Positions 6,865 through 19,221 of a stretch of DNA of 41,521 bases are shown here, piece after piece. The position numbers and the translations under genes are program-made. The notes beneath the pieces are model-generated. The model was not told the origin of the DNA and ran no database searches. It saw only the letters and a program-made list of their open reading frames with translations. Where the stretch lies: assembly GCA_035540915.1 (NCBI GenBank), contig DATLFQ010000075.1, forward strand, positions 1 through 41,521. The letters are read 5' to 3'. Origin of the DNA: Acidimicrobiales bacterium. GTDB taxonomy: Bacteria > Actinomycetota > Acidimicrobiia > Acidimicrobiales > GCA-2861595. Each line of letters opens with the position of its first letter. The stretch's first letter is position 1.

Positions 6865-8490
6865 ATGCTGACCGAGCTGTTCGTCCGCGACCTGGGCATC
6901 ATCGGCGACCTGCGCCTCGTGCTCGGTCCCGGCATGACGGCCTTCACCGGCGAGACGGGGGCAGGCAAGACGCTGCTGGTGCAGGCCATCGAGCTGCTGC
7001 TCGGCGGCCGCGCCGACGCCATGATGGTACGGGCCGGCGCCGACGAGGCGGTGGTCGAGGGCCGGTTCGTCGCCGACGGGCGTGAGGTCGTCCTGGGCCG
7101 CGCCGTCCCGGCCGCCGGTCGGTCCCGTGCCTACCTCGACGGCCGCATGGTTCCGGTGTCGGCGCTGGCCGAGGCCGGCGCCGGCCTGGTCGACCTCCAC
7201 GGCCAGCACGCCCACCAGTCGCTGCTGGCGCCGGCGGCCCAGCGGGCCGCGCTCGACGCCATGGGCGTCGACCTGGCTCCGCTCCGCGAGGCCCGGCGCC
7301 GGCTGGCCGCCATCGACGCGGCGTCGGCCGCCCTGGGAGGGGACGAGCGGGCCCTGGCCCGCGAGACGGACCTGCTGCAGTTCCAGGTGGCGGAGCTGGC
7401 GGCCGCCGGGCTGGGCGACCCGGGCGAGGACGGCGCGCTGGCCGCCGAGGAGGACCGCCTGGCCGACGTGGCGGCCCACCGGGAGGCGGCCGTCGCCGCC
7501 CAGGATGCGCTGGCCGGCGACGGTGGCGCCGTCGACGACCTGGCCGCCGCCCTCGCCGCCGTCGCCGGGCGGAGCCCGCTGGCCGAGCTGGAGCAGCGGC
7601 TGCGGGCGCTGGCCGCGGAGGCCGACGACGTGGCGTCGGAGCTGCGGGTGGCCGCCGAGGCGCTGGAGGACGACCCCCAGCGCCTGGCCGCGGTGCGGGC
7701 CCGTCGGGTGCTCCTGCGCGGCCTGTGCCGCAAGTACGGCGACTCGCTGGAGGAGGTGCTCGCCTTTGCGGCCCGGGCCGAGGCGCGCCTGGGCGAGCTG
7801 CAGTCGGCCGGGGCGCGCGCCGAGATGCTGGCCGCCCAGCGGCGCGAGGCCCTCGGCGCCCTGCGGGCGGCCGAGGCCGAGGTTCGCACCCGGCGCCGGG
7901 CCCTGGCCCCCGCGCTGGCCGGCGCGGTCGCCGCCCGCCTCGGCGGGCTGGCCATGGCCGGGTCCCGGTTCGAGGTGGCGGTCGGCGAGGACGGTCCGGG
8001 GGACGACGTGCGGTTCCTCCTGGCCGCCAACCCGGGCGAGGCGCCGTTGCCGCTGGCCCGCGTCGCGTCGGGCGGTGAGCTGGCCCGCACGATGCTGGCC
8101 CTGCGCCTGGCGCTGCAGGATGCGCCGAAGGGGGCCGGCGGCGGGCCGGCCGTCTCGGTGTTCGACGAGGTCGACGCCGGCATCGGTGGCGAGGCGGCGC
8201 GGGCGGTGGGCCGCGCGCTCGCCGCCCTCGCCGGCCCCGACCGCCAGGTCCTGGTCGTCACCCACCTGCCCCAGGTGGCTGCCTTCGCCGACCACCAGGT
8301 GGCGGTGTCCAAGGTGGAACACGGCGGCCGCGCGGTGGCCCGGGCCGAGCCGGTGGCGGGGCGCTCCCGGGTGGTCGAGCTGTCCCGGATGCTGTCCGGC
8401 TCGGCGACCAGCGCCGCGGCCCACGGCCACGCCGAAGAGCTGCTGGCCGGGGCGTCGCTCGACCGTCCGGGGTCGGGAACGGCCACCTGA
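6865..8490 (+). CDS. recN: DNA repair protein RecN
   Basis: N-terminus MLTELFVRDLGII, Walker A GETGAGKT, long coiled-coil middle region, and C-terminal SGGE and Walker B (VFDEVDAGIGG). Confidence 0.93.
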   Translation: MLTELFVRDLGIIGDLRLVLGPGMTAFTGETGAGKTLLVQAIELLLGGRADAMMVRAGADEAVVEGRFVADGREVVLGRAVPAAGRSRAYLDGRMVPVSALAEAGAGLVDLHGQHAHQSLLAPAAQRAALDAMGVDLAPLREARRRLAAIDAASAALGGDERALARETDLLQFQVAELAAAGLGDPGEDGALAAEEDRLADVAAHREAAVAAQDALAGDGGAVDDLAAALAAVAGRSPLAELEQRLRALAAEADDVASELRVAAEALEDDPQRLAAVRARRVLLRGLCRKYGDSLEEVLAFAARAEARLGELQSAGARAEMLAAQRREALGALRAAEAEVRTRRRALAPALAGAVAARLGGLAMAGSRFEVAVGEDGPGDDVRFLLAANPGEAPLPLARVASGGELARTMLALRLALQDAPKGAGGGPAVSVFDEVDAGIGGEAARAVGRALAALAGPDRQVLVVTHLPQVAAFADHQVAVSKVEHGGRAVARAEPVAGRSRVVELSRMLSGSATSAAAHGHAEELLAGASLDRPGSGTAT

Positions 8491-9656
8491 TGGGCCGGCG
8501 GGGTGCGGCGAACCAGCCGCGCACGGCGGCGCCGGTGATCGGCCCGGCCCGGATCGACCGGCGGACCAAGGAGCTGGTCATGCGGCTACGGGCCGGCGAC
8601 GTCGCCATCATCGACCACGAGGACCTGGACCGCATCGCCGCCCGGGGGCTGCTCGACGCCGGCGTCGCCGCCGTGGTGAACGCCGCCCGCTCGATGTCCG
8701 GCCGCTACCCCAACGAGGGCCCCCTGCTGCTGGCCGCCGCGGGCATCGCGCTGGTCGACGACGTCGGCCCCGAGGTCCTCGACCTGGTCCGCGACGGGGA
8801 CCAGGTGTGCGTCGACGGCGCCGCCGTCGCCGTGCACGGCCGGGTGGTGGCCAAGGGCGTCCGGCAGGACCTGGCCTCGCTCGAGCGCGACTACGAGGCC
8901 TCCAAGGCCACGATGGGAGAGGCGCTCGAGAGCTTCGCGGCCAACACGCTGGAGTTCCTCCGCGAGGAGCGCCACGCCGCCGTCCACCCGCCGGCGCTGC
9001 CCGAGCTGCGCACCGTCGTCGCCGGTCGCCACGTCCTGCTCGTCGTGCGCGGGCCGGACTACAAGGAGGACCTGGCCCAGCTGCGCAGCTACGTGCGCGA
9101 GGTGCGCCCGCTGCTGGTGGGGGTGGACGGCGGCGCCGACGCGATCTTGGACTGCGGGCTGCGGCCGGACCTGATCGTGGGCGACTTCGACTCGGTGTCG
9201 GACCGCGCACTGGCCGTCGGCGCCGAGCTGGTCGTGCACGCCTACCCCGACGGCCGCGCCCCGGGCGCGGCGCGCCTCGACGCTGCCGGCGTCCCGTACG
9301 TCACCCTCGAAGCGGCCGGGACGAGCGAGGACGTGGCCATGCTGCTGGCCTACGACAAGGGCGCCGAGCTGATCGTGGCGGTCGGGGCCCACGGGTCGAT
9401 GGTCGAGTTCCTGGAGAAGGGCCGGGCCGGCATGGCCTCGACGTTCCTGACCCGTCTGAAGATCGGCCAGCTGCTGGTCGACGCCAAGGGGGTCAGCAAG
9501 CTCTACGAGAGCCGGGTTCGCACCGGTGACCTGCTGGCCTTCCTCGCCGCCGCCATGTTGTGCTTCGTGGTGGTGGTCGTGGCCGTCCTGCCGAACGTGT
9601 TCCTGGAGAGCATCTGGTTCCTGCTCGGCGACCTCTGGCGATCGGTGACGGACTGA
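8490..9656 (+). CDS. steA: SteA family putative cytokinetic-ring protein (Rv1697-like)
   Basis: Contains ARIDRRTKELV...GDVAIIDHEDLD, a GDFDS motif and a C-terminal TM segment. The ATG shares 1 nt with the recN stop (TGATG). Confidence 0.8.
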   Translation: MGRRGAANQPRTAAPVIGPARIDRRTKELVMRLRAGDVAIIDHEDLDRIAARGLLDAGVAAVVNAARSMSGRYPNEGPLLLAAAGIALVDDVGPEVLDLVRDGDQVCVDGAAVAVHGRVVAKGVRQDLASLERDYEASKATMGEALESFAANTLEFLREERHAAVHPPALPELRTVVAGRHVLLVVRGPDYKEDLAQLRSYVREVRPLLVGVDGGADAILDCGLRPDLIVGDFDSVSDRALAVGAELVVHAYPDGRAPGAARLDAAGVPYVTLEAAGTSEDVAMLLAYDKGAELIVAVGAHGSMVEFLEKGRAGMASTFLTRLKIGQLLVDAKGVSKLYESRVRTGDLLAFLAAAMLCFVVVVVAVLPNVFLESIWFLLGDLWRSVTD

Positions 9657-9669
9657 CAGTGCGGCAGCC

Positions 9670-10599
9670 ATGGTGAACTTCCGCTTCCACCTGATCTCGC
9701 TGACCGCGGTGTTCCTGGCCCTCGGCATCGGCATCGCGGTCGGGGCCACCGTGGTCGACCGGGCCACCGTCGACGCCCTGCAGGACCAGCTCGACCGGGT
9801 CGAGCGGGGGGTCGACGTCACCTCGGCCGAGAACGCCCGGCTGAGCGCGGAGCTGGGCCGCTGGGACAGCTTCGCCGAGCAGAGCCGGGACCTCGCCGTC
9901 GCCGGGCGCCTGGCCGACGTGCCGGTCCTGCTGGTCGGAATGGCCGGCATCGACCGCGGGCCGGTGGACGAGCTCCAGCAGGTGTTCGCCGCGTCCGGTG
10001 CGGTGCTCGAGGGCACCGTCTGGCTGACGTCGAAGCTGCGGCTGGACCGCCCCGAGGACGTCCTCCAGCTGGGCACGATCCTGGGGAGCGACGTCCGGAT
10101 CCCCGACGTGCTGCGGGGGTCGGCACTGGCCGCCCTCGCCACCGAGCTGGCCGGCGAGGTGCCCTCGCCCCTGCTGGTGGCCCTGCGCGACGCCGCCTTC
10201 GTCGAGTTCGAGGAGCCGGCCGGCGACCCGTCCGGGCTGGCTGCCGTCCCTCGCCCGGGCAGCCGGTTCGTGGTCGTCTCCGACGGGGGCGCCGAGGTCC
10301 CCAACGACAAGCTGGCCGTTCCGTTCACCGAGCTGCTGGGTCGGCGGGCCGGCGCCCGCGTGCTGGCCGCCGAGGCGGGCACCGACGGCCAGCCCGGGCG
10401 CCCCGGCGTGCGGGCCGCCTTCGTCGGCCCGCTGCGCGAAGGTGGCGCGTCGACGCTGGTGTCCACGGTCGACAACCTGGAGGACCACCGGGGTCGCTTC
10501 AGCGTGGTCTACGCGCTGCGGGACCTGTCCGACGGGAAGATCGGCCACTTCGGCGTCGGCCCCCGAGCCACCCGGCTGGTCCCCGAGACGGCCGCATGA
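9670..10599 (+). CDS. SteB / MctB (Rv1698) family membrane protein
   Basis: N-terminus MVNFRFHLISLTAVFLALGIGIAVG is typical of the copper-transporter MctB/SteB family. It sits in the conserved position after steA. Confidence 0.75.
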   Translation: MVNFRFHLISLTAVFLALGIGIAVGATVVDRATVDALQDQLDRVERGVDVTSAENARLSAELGRWDSFAEQSRDLAVAGRLADVPVLLVGMAGIDRGPVDELQQVFAASGAVLEGTVWLTSKLRLDRPEDVLQLGTILGSDVRIPDVLRGSALAALATELAGEVPSPLLVALRDAAFVEFEEPAGDPSGLAAVPRPGSRFVVVSDGGAEVPNDKLAVPFTELLGRRAGARVLAAEAGTDGQPGRPGVRAAFVGPLREGGASTLVSTVDNLEDHRGRFSVVYALRDLSDGKIGHFGVGPRATRLVPETAA

Positions 10600-13546
10600 T
10601 CGTCGCGCTGGTGCCGGCCCACGACGCGGTCGGCACCATCGGCGCCACCGTCGCGGCCCTGGCGGCGATCGAGGACGTCGGCGAAGTGGTCGTCGTCGAC
10701 GACGGGTCGACCGACGCCACGGGCGCCGAAGCGGCGGCGGCCGGTGCGCGGGTCGTGGGCCTGGCCGCCAACCGCGGCAAGGGTGGCGCGGTGGCGTCGG
10801 GGGTGGCCGCCACCCCCGACGCCGAGGTGTACCTCCTGGTGGATGCCGACGTCGGTGCGACCGCGGCCGCCGCCGCAGCCCTCCTGGGGCCGGTCGTGGA
10901 GGGCCGCGCCGATATGGCCATCGGGGTGCTGCCGTCGGCCGGCCGCCGCGCCGGCTTCGGCACGGTCCGCCGGCTGGCCCGGGCAGGCATCGTGCGGGGG
11001 ACGGGCGGCGCCGTCGACCCGCGGGCGCCGCTGTCGGGCCAGCGGGCGGTGCGGGCCGAGCTGCTCCGGCGCCTCGACCTGGCCGAGGGGTTCGGCCTGG
11101 AGGCGGCCATGACGATCGACGCCGCCCGGTCGGGTGCCCGCGTTGTCGAGGTGGACGTGGCCATGGACCACCGCCACACCGGGCGGTCGGTGGCCGGCTT
11201 CCGCCACCGCGCCCGCCAGGGCGTGCACCTGGTCCGGGCGCTGTGGCCGCGGCTGACGACGGCGGGCCAGCGCGTCGGCGCCATCGTCGCGGCCTTTGCC
11301 GTGGTGCTGGGCGCGATGGTCTGGTCGGGCAGCCGGTGGGAACCCTCCAGCGTGGCGCCGGCCGGCCGGCCGTCCAAGGTCGTGCTCTTCGGCGTGCCCC
11401 GACTGGGCTGGCAGGACGTCGGGACGGGCGCCATGCCGAACCTCGACCGCATGATCGACACCGGCGCGGTGGCGGCCATGAGCGTGCGCACGGTGGCCGG
11501 CCGGCCGTCCACGGTCGAGGGCTACGCCACGCTGGGGGCGGGCGCGCGGGTGCGGTCGGACCTTTCCGGCGCGGACGCCCACGACGCCGACGCCCCGCTG
11601 GAGGGCGGCACGGCGGCCGAGGTACTGGCCCGCCGGTCCGGCGAGGCGCCACCGGGCGAGGTGGTCGTGGTGGGCGCCCCGGCGGTGCGCAGGCTCAACG
11701 AGCGGCGCCACCTACCGAGCCTGCCCGGTGCCCTTGGCGATGCGTTGGCCCAGGGGGTGCGCCGCACGGCGGTGGTCGGCAACGCCGACCTGCCCCGGGA
11801 CCTGGTCCGCCGCCCGGCCCGGCTGCGACCGGCCCCGGTGGCGCTGATGACCTCGGGCGGTTCGGTGGACGGCGGCACGGTCGGCGAGGACGTGGTCGAG
11901 CTGGACCCGGCGGCGCCGTTCGGCGTGCGCGCCGACGCCGACGGCGTCCTCGCCGAGTTCGAGGCGGCGCTGGCATCGGCCGATGTGGTGCTGGTCGACC
12001 CCGGCGACCTGGATCGCGTGGCCGAGTTCGCCTCCCTGGCCACCCCGGAGGCATCGGCAGGCCAGCGGCGGGCCGCCCTGGCGGCCACCGACGACCTGCT
12101 GGGTCGGGTGGCGCGGGCAGCCGGGCCGCAGGCACTGCTGCTGGTGGTCTCGGTGGTACCGCCCGCCGGCGAGTGGCACCTCACCCCCGTGGTGGCCTCG
12201 GGGGCGGGGGTGGTGCCCGGCTACCTGCACTCGCTGTCGAGCCGCCGGCTGGGGGTGGTGACCCTCACCGACGTGGCGCCGACCGTCCTCGACGCGCTGA
12301 GCGTCCCGGTGCCGCCGGGCATGATCGGCCAGCCCCTCCGCTACCACCCGGGCCGGGCCGACCTCGGCCACCTCCGCCAGCTCGACCGGGACGCCGCCTT
12401 CCGGGAGTCCATCTACCTCCAGCTGACGACCGGCTACATCGCCGTGCAGGCGCTGGTGTACCTCCTGGCCATCGTGGCCTTCGCCCGCCTGGGAGGCGCC
12501 GGTCGTGCCGGGCGTCCGCTGCGGCTGGTGGTGCTCGCCGTCAGCGCCTGGCCGCTCGCCACCTTCGTGCTCCGGGCCATACCGGGGGTGGCCGTACTCG
12601 GCCATGGCGCCGTCGCGGTGCTTCTGGCCATCGACGCCGCCATCGTCGCCGTGGCTGTCCGGTTCACCCGCCGGCCCCTGGCGCCGCTGGCCGTGATCGC
12701 CGGGGCGACAGTCGCCCTGCTGGTGGTTGACGTCGCCACGGGAGCCCGCCTGCAGAGCTCCAGCCTCCTGGGCTATTCCCTGCACACGGCGGCCCGCTTC
12801 ACCGGCTTCGGCAACACGGCCTTCGCGGTGCTCGGTTCGACGGCGGTGCTGGCTGCCGCCTTGCACGTGCACCACGCGCCCCGGCGCCGGGAAGCCGTCG
12901 TCACCGCGGCCGGGCTCCTGGCCGTGGTGGCCTTCGCCGACGGCGCCCCGTCGCTGGGCTCCGACGTCGGCGGCATCTTGACCCTGGTGCCGGTGTTCGC
13001 GCTGACCCTGCTGGCGCTGGCCGGCCGGCGCATCTCGTGGCGCACGGTCGCCGCCACGGCCGCCGCCACCGTGGTGGTGCTCGGCGTGGCCACGGGCATC
13101 GACCTGCTGCGGCCGGTCGGGTCCCGGACGCACCTGGGCCGCCTGGCCGGCCGGGTGCTCGAGCAGGGCTGGGAACCGCTGACGACGACCATGAGTCGCA
13201 AGGCGGCGGTGAACGTCCGCACCTACCGCTCGCCATGGGCGTGGACGGTGCCCATCATCGCCGCCTACATGCTCTACGTCCTGGTCTGGGCCCGGGGCTG
13301 GTCCCGCCTGCTGCCGCCCGGGTCGGCCCTCCGGACGGCCGTGGTGGGCGTCCTGGCCACGGGCCTGCTCGGCTACGCCGTCAACGACTCGGGCATCGTG
13401 GTGACGGCGCTGGTCTTCGTGTACATCGGGCCCTTCCTGACCCTGCTGGCGCTGGCCCGCGAGCGCGAGGAGCAGCTGCTGCATCCCTCCCCGGGGCCCG
13501 CTCCCGCGGTGGCCCTTCCTGCCCGGACGCGGAGCCGGTCGGCCCG

Positions 13547-13550
<4 letters not shown>
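10596..13550 (+). CDS. 984-aa fusion: GT2 (GT-A) glycosyltransferase + TM + alkaline-phosphatase-superfamily-like domain + polytopic membrane domain
   Basis: aa 1-225 carry VVVDDGSTD and LLVDAD (DxD). aa 228-245 form a TM segment. aa ~255-600 start VVLFGVPRLGW..MPNLD and end LTDVAPTVLDALSVPVPPGMIGQPL, an AlkP/sulfatase-type C-terminal motif. aa ~605-984 contain about 10 hydrophobic helices. The start overlaps the steB stop (ATGA). Confidence 0.8.
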
Positions 13551-16051
<2,501 letters not shown>

Positions 16052-16052
<1 letters not shown>

Positions 16053-16609
16053 TGGGCGACGGCCCGGCCAGCTTTCGCCGGCTCGGCGGCCGACGGGTGT
16101 GGCAGGGCGTGGTGATCGCGGTGGACGAGGACCGCTTCGCGGCGCCCGACGGCAGCGAGTTCACCCGCGAGGTGGTGCGCCACCCCGGCGCGGTCTCCGT
16201 GGTGCCGGTGGTGGGAGAGGGCCGGCGGGCCCTGCTGGTGCGCCAGTACCGTGCGGCGCTCGACCGCGACCTGCTGGAGATCCCGGCCGGCAAGCGCGAC
16301 GTCGCCGGCGAGGCGCCCGAGCTCACCGCGAGCCGCGAGCTGGAGGAGGAGGTCGGCATGCGGGCCGGCCGGCTGGAGCGCCTGGGCGAGTTCTACAACT
16401 CGGTCGGCTTCAGCGACGAGCACTCGATCGTCTACCTGGCGACCGACCTCAGCCCCTGCGCCACGACGGCCTTCGGCGTCGAGGAGGAGCACATGACCAT
16501 CGAGGAGGTCGGCCTGGACGAGGTCGAGGACCGCATGGCCGACGGCACCCTGGTCGACGCCAAGAGCATCATCGGCCTCCTGCTCGCCCGCGAGCGCCTC
16601 GCCCGCTGA
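16052..16609 (+). CDS. NUDIX hydrolase (ADP-ribose pyrophosphatase-like)
   Basis: Nudix box GKRDVAGEAPELTASRELEEEVG. The GTG shares 1 nt with the pyrG stop (TAGTG). Confidence 0.85.
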
Positions 16610-16615
16610 ACCGGC

Positions 16616-16631
16616 CGTGACGTCCGTCACG
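16616..16631 (+). terminator. small hairpin after the NUDIX gene
   Basis: CGTGAC-gtcc-GTCACG, a 6-bp stem 7 nt after the stop codon. Confidence 0.25.
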
Positions 16632-16710
16632 CCCACACGGTGTCCGAACCCGGCATCGCCGGACTCTGTGCCCGATGAAAGGACGACGGCTGCGAAGCGA
16701 GGGAGGAGCC

Positions 16711-16923
16711 ATGATCGTCAAGCAGGAGCCGGCGTTCGTGATGGGCGTGGTGCAGGCGGTGCTCGGGCTGGCCGTGGCCTTCGGGCTGGGCCTGAGCGCC
16801 GAGCAGGTCGGCGCCCTCCTGGCGGCGACGGCCGCCGTCCTGTCCCTGGTCACCCGGCGGATGGTGTCGCCGGTGGCGGCGGCCCCGGCAACGGCGCCGG
16901 GGTCGCCGGTACCGGCGTCCTGA
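16711..16923 (+). CDS. small hydrophobic protein (70 aa), unknown function
   Basis: A strong SD (GGGAGGAG) sits 3 nt upstream of ATG-16711 (GAGGGAGGAGCC-ATG). The frame has high GC3, and there is one or two TM-like segments (FVMGVVQAVLGLAVAFGLGL, VGALLAATAAVLSLV). Confidence 0.5.
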   Translation: MIVKQEPAFVMGVVQAVLGLAVAFGLGLSAEQVGALLAATAAVLSLVTRRMVSPVAAAPATAPGSPVPAS

Positions 16924-16944
16924 GCCGCCCGGGCGGGCGGCGCC

Positions 16945-16950
16945 TACGGT
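16945..16950 (+). promoter_or_regulatory. candidate -10 box (TACGGT) for leaderless ald
   Basis: TANNNT lies exactly 6 nt upstream of GTG-16957 with no SD. Confidence 0.35.
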
Positions 16951-16956
16951 GAGCCG

Positions 16957-18102
16957 GTGATCGTCGGAGTCCCCACGGAGGTGAAGACCGGCGAGCACCG
17001 GGTCGCCCTCACGCCCGACGGCGTCCGGGAGCTGACCGCCCATGGCCACGACGTGGTGGTCCAGCGGGGGGCCGGCGCCGGTTCCGCCATCGCCGACGGG
17101 GACTTCTCCTCGGCCGGCGCCCGGCTCGGCAGCGCCGACGACGCCTGGGCCGCCGACCTGGTCGTCAAGGTCAAGGAGCCGCAGTCGTCGGAGTCGGCCC
17201 AGCTGCGGCCCGGCCAGGTGCTGTTCACCTACCTGCACCTGGCCGCCTACCCCGCCGTCGCACGGGCGCTGCTGGCGGCCGGAACCACCGCGGTCGCCTA
17301 CGAGACGGTGCAGCTCGCAAGCGGTGCCCTGCCGCTGCTGGCGCCCATGAGCGAGGTCGCCGGCCGGATGGCGACCCAGATCGGTGCCCACTACCTCGAA
17401 CGCGAGAACGGCGGCCGTGGTGTCCTGCTGGGCGGCGCGCCCGGTGTGCGGCCCGCCCGGGTGGTGGTCCTGGGCGCCGGCAACGTGGGCTGGAACGCGG
17501 CGTGGATCGCCCAGGGCATGGAGGCCGAGGTGTGGCTGCTGGACCGGGACCTGGACCGGCTCCGCTTCGTCGACCAGATCCACAAGGGCCGCATCCTCAC
17601 CCTGGCGTCCAACCGCGGTGCGGTGGAGCGAGCGGTGGCCGAGGCGGACCTGGTGATCGGCGCCGTGCTGGTGGCGGGCGGCCGGGCGCCGGTGATCGTC
17701 ACCGAGGACATGGTGCGGGCCATGAAGGGGGGCGCAGTGGTGGTCGACATCGCCGTCGACCAGGGCGGCTGCATCGCCACCACTCGGGAGACGACCCACG
17801 ATGCGCCGGTCTACGAGGTCCACGGCGTCGTGCACTACGCGGTGGGCAACGTGCCGGGCGCGGTGCCGCACACCTCGACCTACGCCCTGACCAACGCCAC
17901 GCTGCCCTACGTCCTGGCGGTGGCCGAGCGCGGCCTCCCGGGCGCGGCGCAGGCGGACGTCGGGCTGCGCCACGGCGTGACCACCGTGGCCGGGCGCATC
18001 ACCAACCCGGTCGTGGCGGACGCGCTCGGGGTCGAACCCGCCGACCCGCTGGAGCTGCTGGCAGACGCCCACCAGGCCACCAACCGTCCAGAAGCCCGAT
18101 AA
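16957..18102 (+). CDS. ald: alanine dehydrogenase
   Basis: N-terminus MIVGVPTEVKTGEHRVALTP, the NAD motif VVLGAGNVG, and the expected length of 381 aa. Confidence 0.93.
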   Translation: MIVGVPTEVKTGEHRVALTPDGVRELTAHGHDVVVQRGAGAGSAIADGDFSSAGARLGSADDAWAADLVVKVKEPQSSESAQLRPGQVLFTYLHLAAYPAVARALLAAGTTAVAYETVQLASGALPLLAPMSEVAGRMATQIGAHYLERENGGRGVLLGGAPGVRPARVVVLGAGNVGWNAAWIAQGMEAEVWLLDRDLDRLRFVDQIHKGRILTLASNRGAVERAVAEADLVIGAVLVAGGRAPVIVTEDMVRAMKGGAVVVDIAVDQGGCIATTRETTHDAPVYEVHGVVHYAVGNVPGAVPHTSTYALTNATLPYVLAVAERGLPGAAQADVGLRHGVTTVAGRITNPVVADALGVEPADPLELLADAHQATNRPEAR

Positions 18103-18105
18103 CCT
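18100..18105 (+). promoter_or_regulatory. candidate -10 box (TAACCT) overlapping the ald stop codon
   Basis: TANNNT lies 6 nt upstream of GTG-18112. Confidence 0.3.
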
Positions 18106-18111
18106 CGGGCC

Positions 18112-18450
18112 GTGGCCTCCGACGCAGCCTCGATTGATCTGCGCGCCCTTCTGGCTCAGGAGCGCGAGGCCCTGCGCGCGCAGCTGGCCGAGCTCGGCTT
18201 CGGGCCCACCGGCGGCCCGACCTACGACCCCAACTTCGCCGACTCCAGCCAGGTGACGGCGGAGCGGGGCGAGAACGAGGCCCTGGCGGCCAGCCTGCGC
18301 GAGGCGCTGGACGAGGTGGAGAAGGCGTTGACCAAGCTGGACGATGGCAGCTACGGCATCTGCGAGGGATGCCAGCAGCCCATCAACCCGGCCCGCCTCG
18401 AGGCCAAGCCCGAAGCGCGCCTGTGCATCAACTGCGCCTCCCGGCGCTGA
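18112..18450 (+). CDS. TraR/DksA family C4-type zinc-finger protein
   Basis: C-terminal CEGC-x17-CINC zinc finger preceded by a coiled-coil region. Confidence 0.85.
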   Translation: MASDAASIDLRALLAQEREALRAQLAELGFGPTGGPTYDPNFADSSQVTAERGENEALAASLREALDEVEKALTKLDDGSYGICEGCQQPINPARLEAKPEARLCINCASRR

Positions 18451-18473
18451 TCGCCGCCGAGGCCCGCTGAGCG

Positions 18474-19208
18474 GTGGACGACCCCAAGCCGCCGCTGGGC
18501 GCGCCCCAGCGCACGCTGATCCTGCTCGGGGCGGGCGCGCTGGTCCTGTACCTCCTGGCCCGACGGGAGGTGGTCGGGCGGGAGGACGCCCTCCTGCTGG
18601 CCGTGCTGGTGCCGTCGGTGATCCTCCACGAGATCTCCCACGGCGCCCTGGCGCTGGTGTTCGGAGACGACACCGCCAAGGAGGCCGGACGCCTGACCCT
18701 GAACCCCGTCCGCCACGTCGACCCGTTCGGGACGCTGATCCTGCCCGCCGTCCTGATCCTGGCCGGCGCCCAGCCGTTCGGCTACGCCAAGCCGGTACCG
18801 GTGTCGGTGAACAAGCTGCGCAGCCCGCGCAACCACAACGTGCTCGTGGCGCTGGTCGGCCCCGCGGTCAACATCGGCCTGGCCCTGCTGGCCGCCTTCG
18901 CCGTCCGCAGCGCCGTGGTGGTGGTCGGCGGGAGCGACGTGTTCGTCCGGAACGACTCGCTGCTGCTTGAGCTCGGCCTGTACTTCGGGCTGGTCAACGT
19001 GGTGCTGGCCGCCTTCAACCTCATCCCGGTCCCGCCGCTCGACGGCTCGGCGGTGGTCGAGCGGCTGCTGCCCGCCCGGTGGTGGCCGCCGTACCTCAGG
19101 TTCCGGCAGTACTCGATGTTCCTGCTCTTCGGCCTGGTGTTCCTGCTGCCCGACCTGCTCGGCGCGGTCTTCGACCCGGCCACCGAGCTGTGGCTGCGCC
19201 TGCTCTAG
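18474..19208 (+). CDS. site-2 protease (M50) family membrane metalloprotease
   Basis: HEISH (HExxH) motif within a TM segment, NLIPVPPLDGS as the second motif, and several TM segments. Confidence 0.85.
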   Translation: MDDPKPPLGAPQRTLILLGAGALVLYLLARREVVGREDALLLAVLVPSVILHEISHGALALVFGDDTAKEAGRLTLNPVRHVDPFGTLILPAVLILAGAQPFGYAKPVPVSVNKLRSPRNHNVLVALVGPAVNIGLALLAAFAVRSAVVVVGGSDVFVRNDSLLLELGLYFGLVNVVLAAFNLIPVPPLDGSAVVERLLPARWWPPYLRFRQYSMFLLFGLVFLLPDLLGAVFDPATELWLRLL

Positions 19209-19221
19209 CCGCCGGCGACGG

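Noticed and set aside
6625-8486. 601-aa and 451-aa minus-strand ORFs antisense to recN, and the 815-aa plus-strand ORF 7082..9529
   Set aside because: They are low-complexity Arg/Pro/Gly/Ala translations with no motifs. They are fully overlapped by recN and steA, which carry clear family signatures.
9493-12730. 719-aa (-) and 762-aa (+) ORFs overlapping steB and the GT2 fusion gene
   Set aside because: These are the same kind of high-GC shadow ORFs. The frames chosen for steB and the GT2 fusion carry the recognisable motifs and TM helices.
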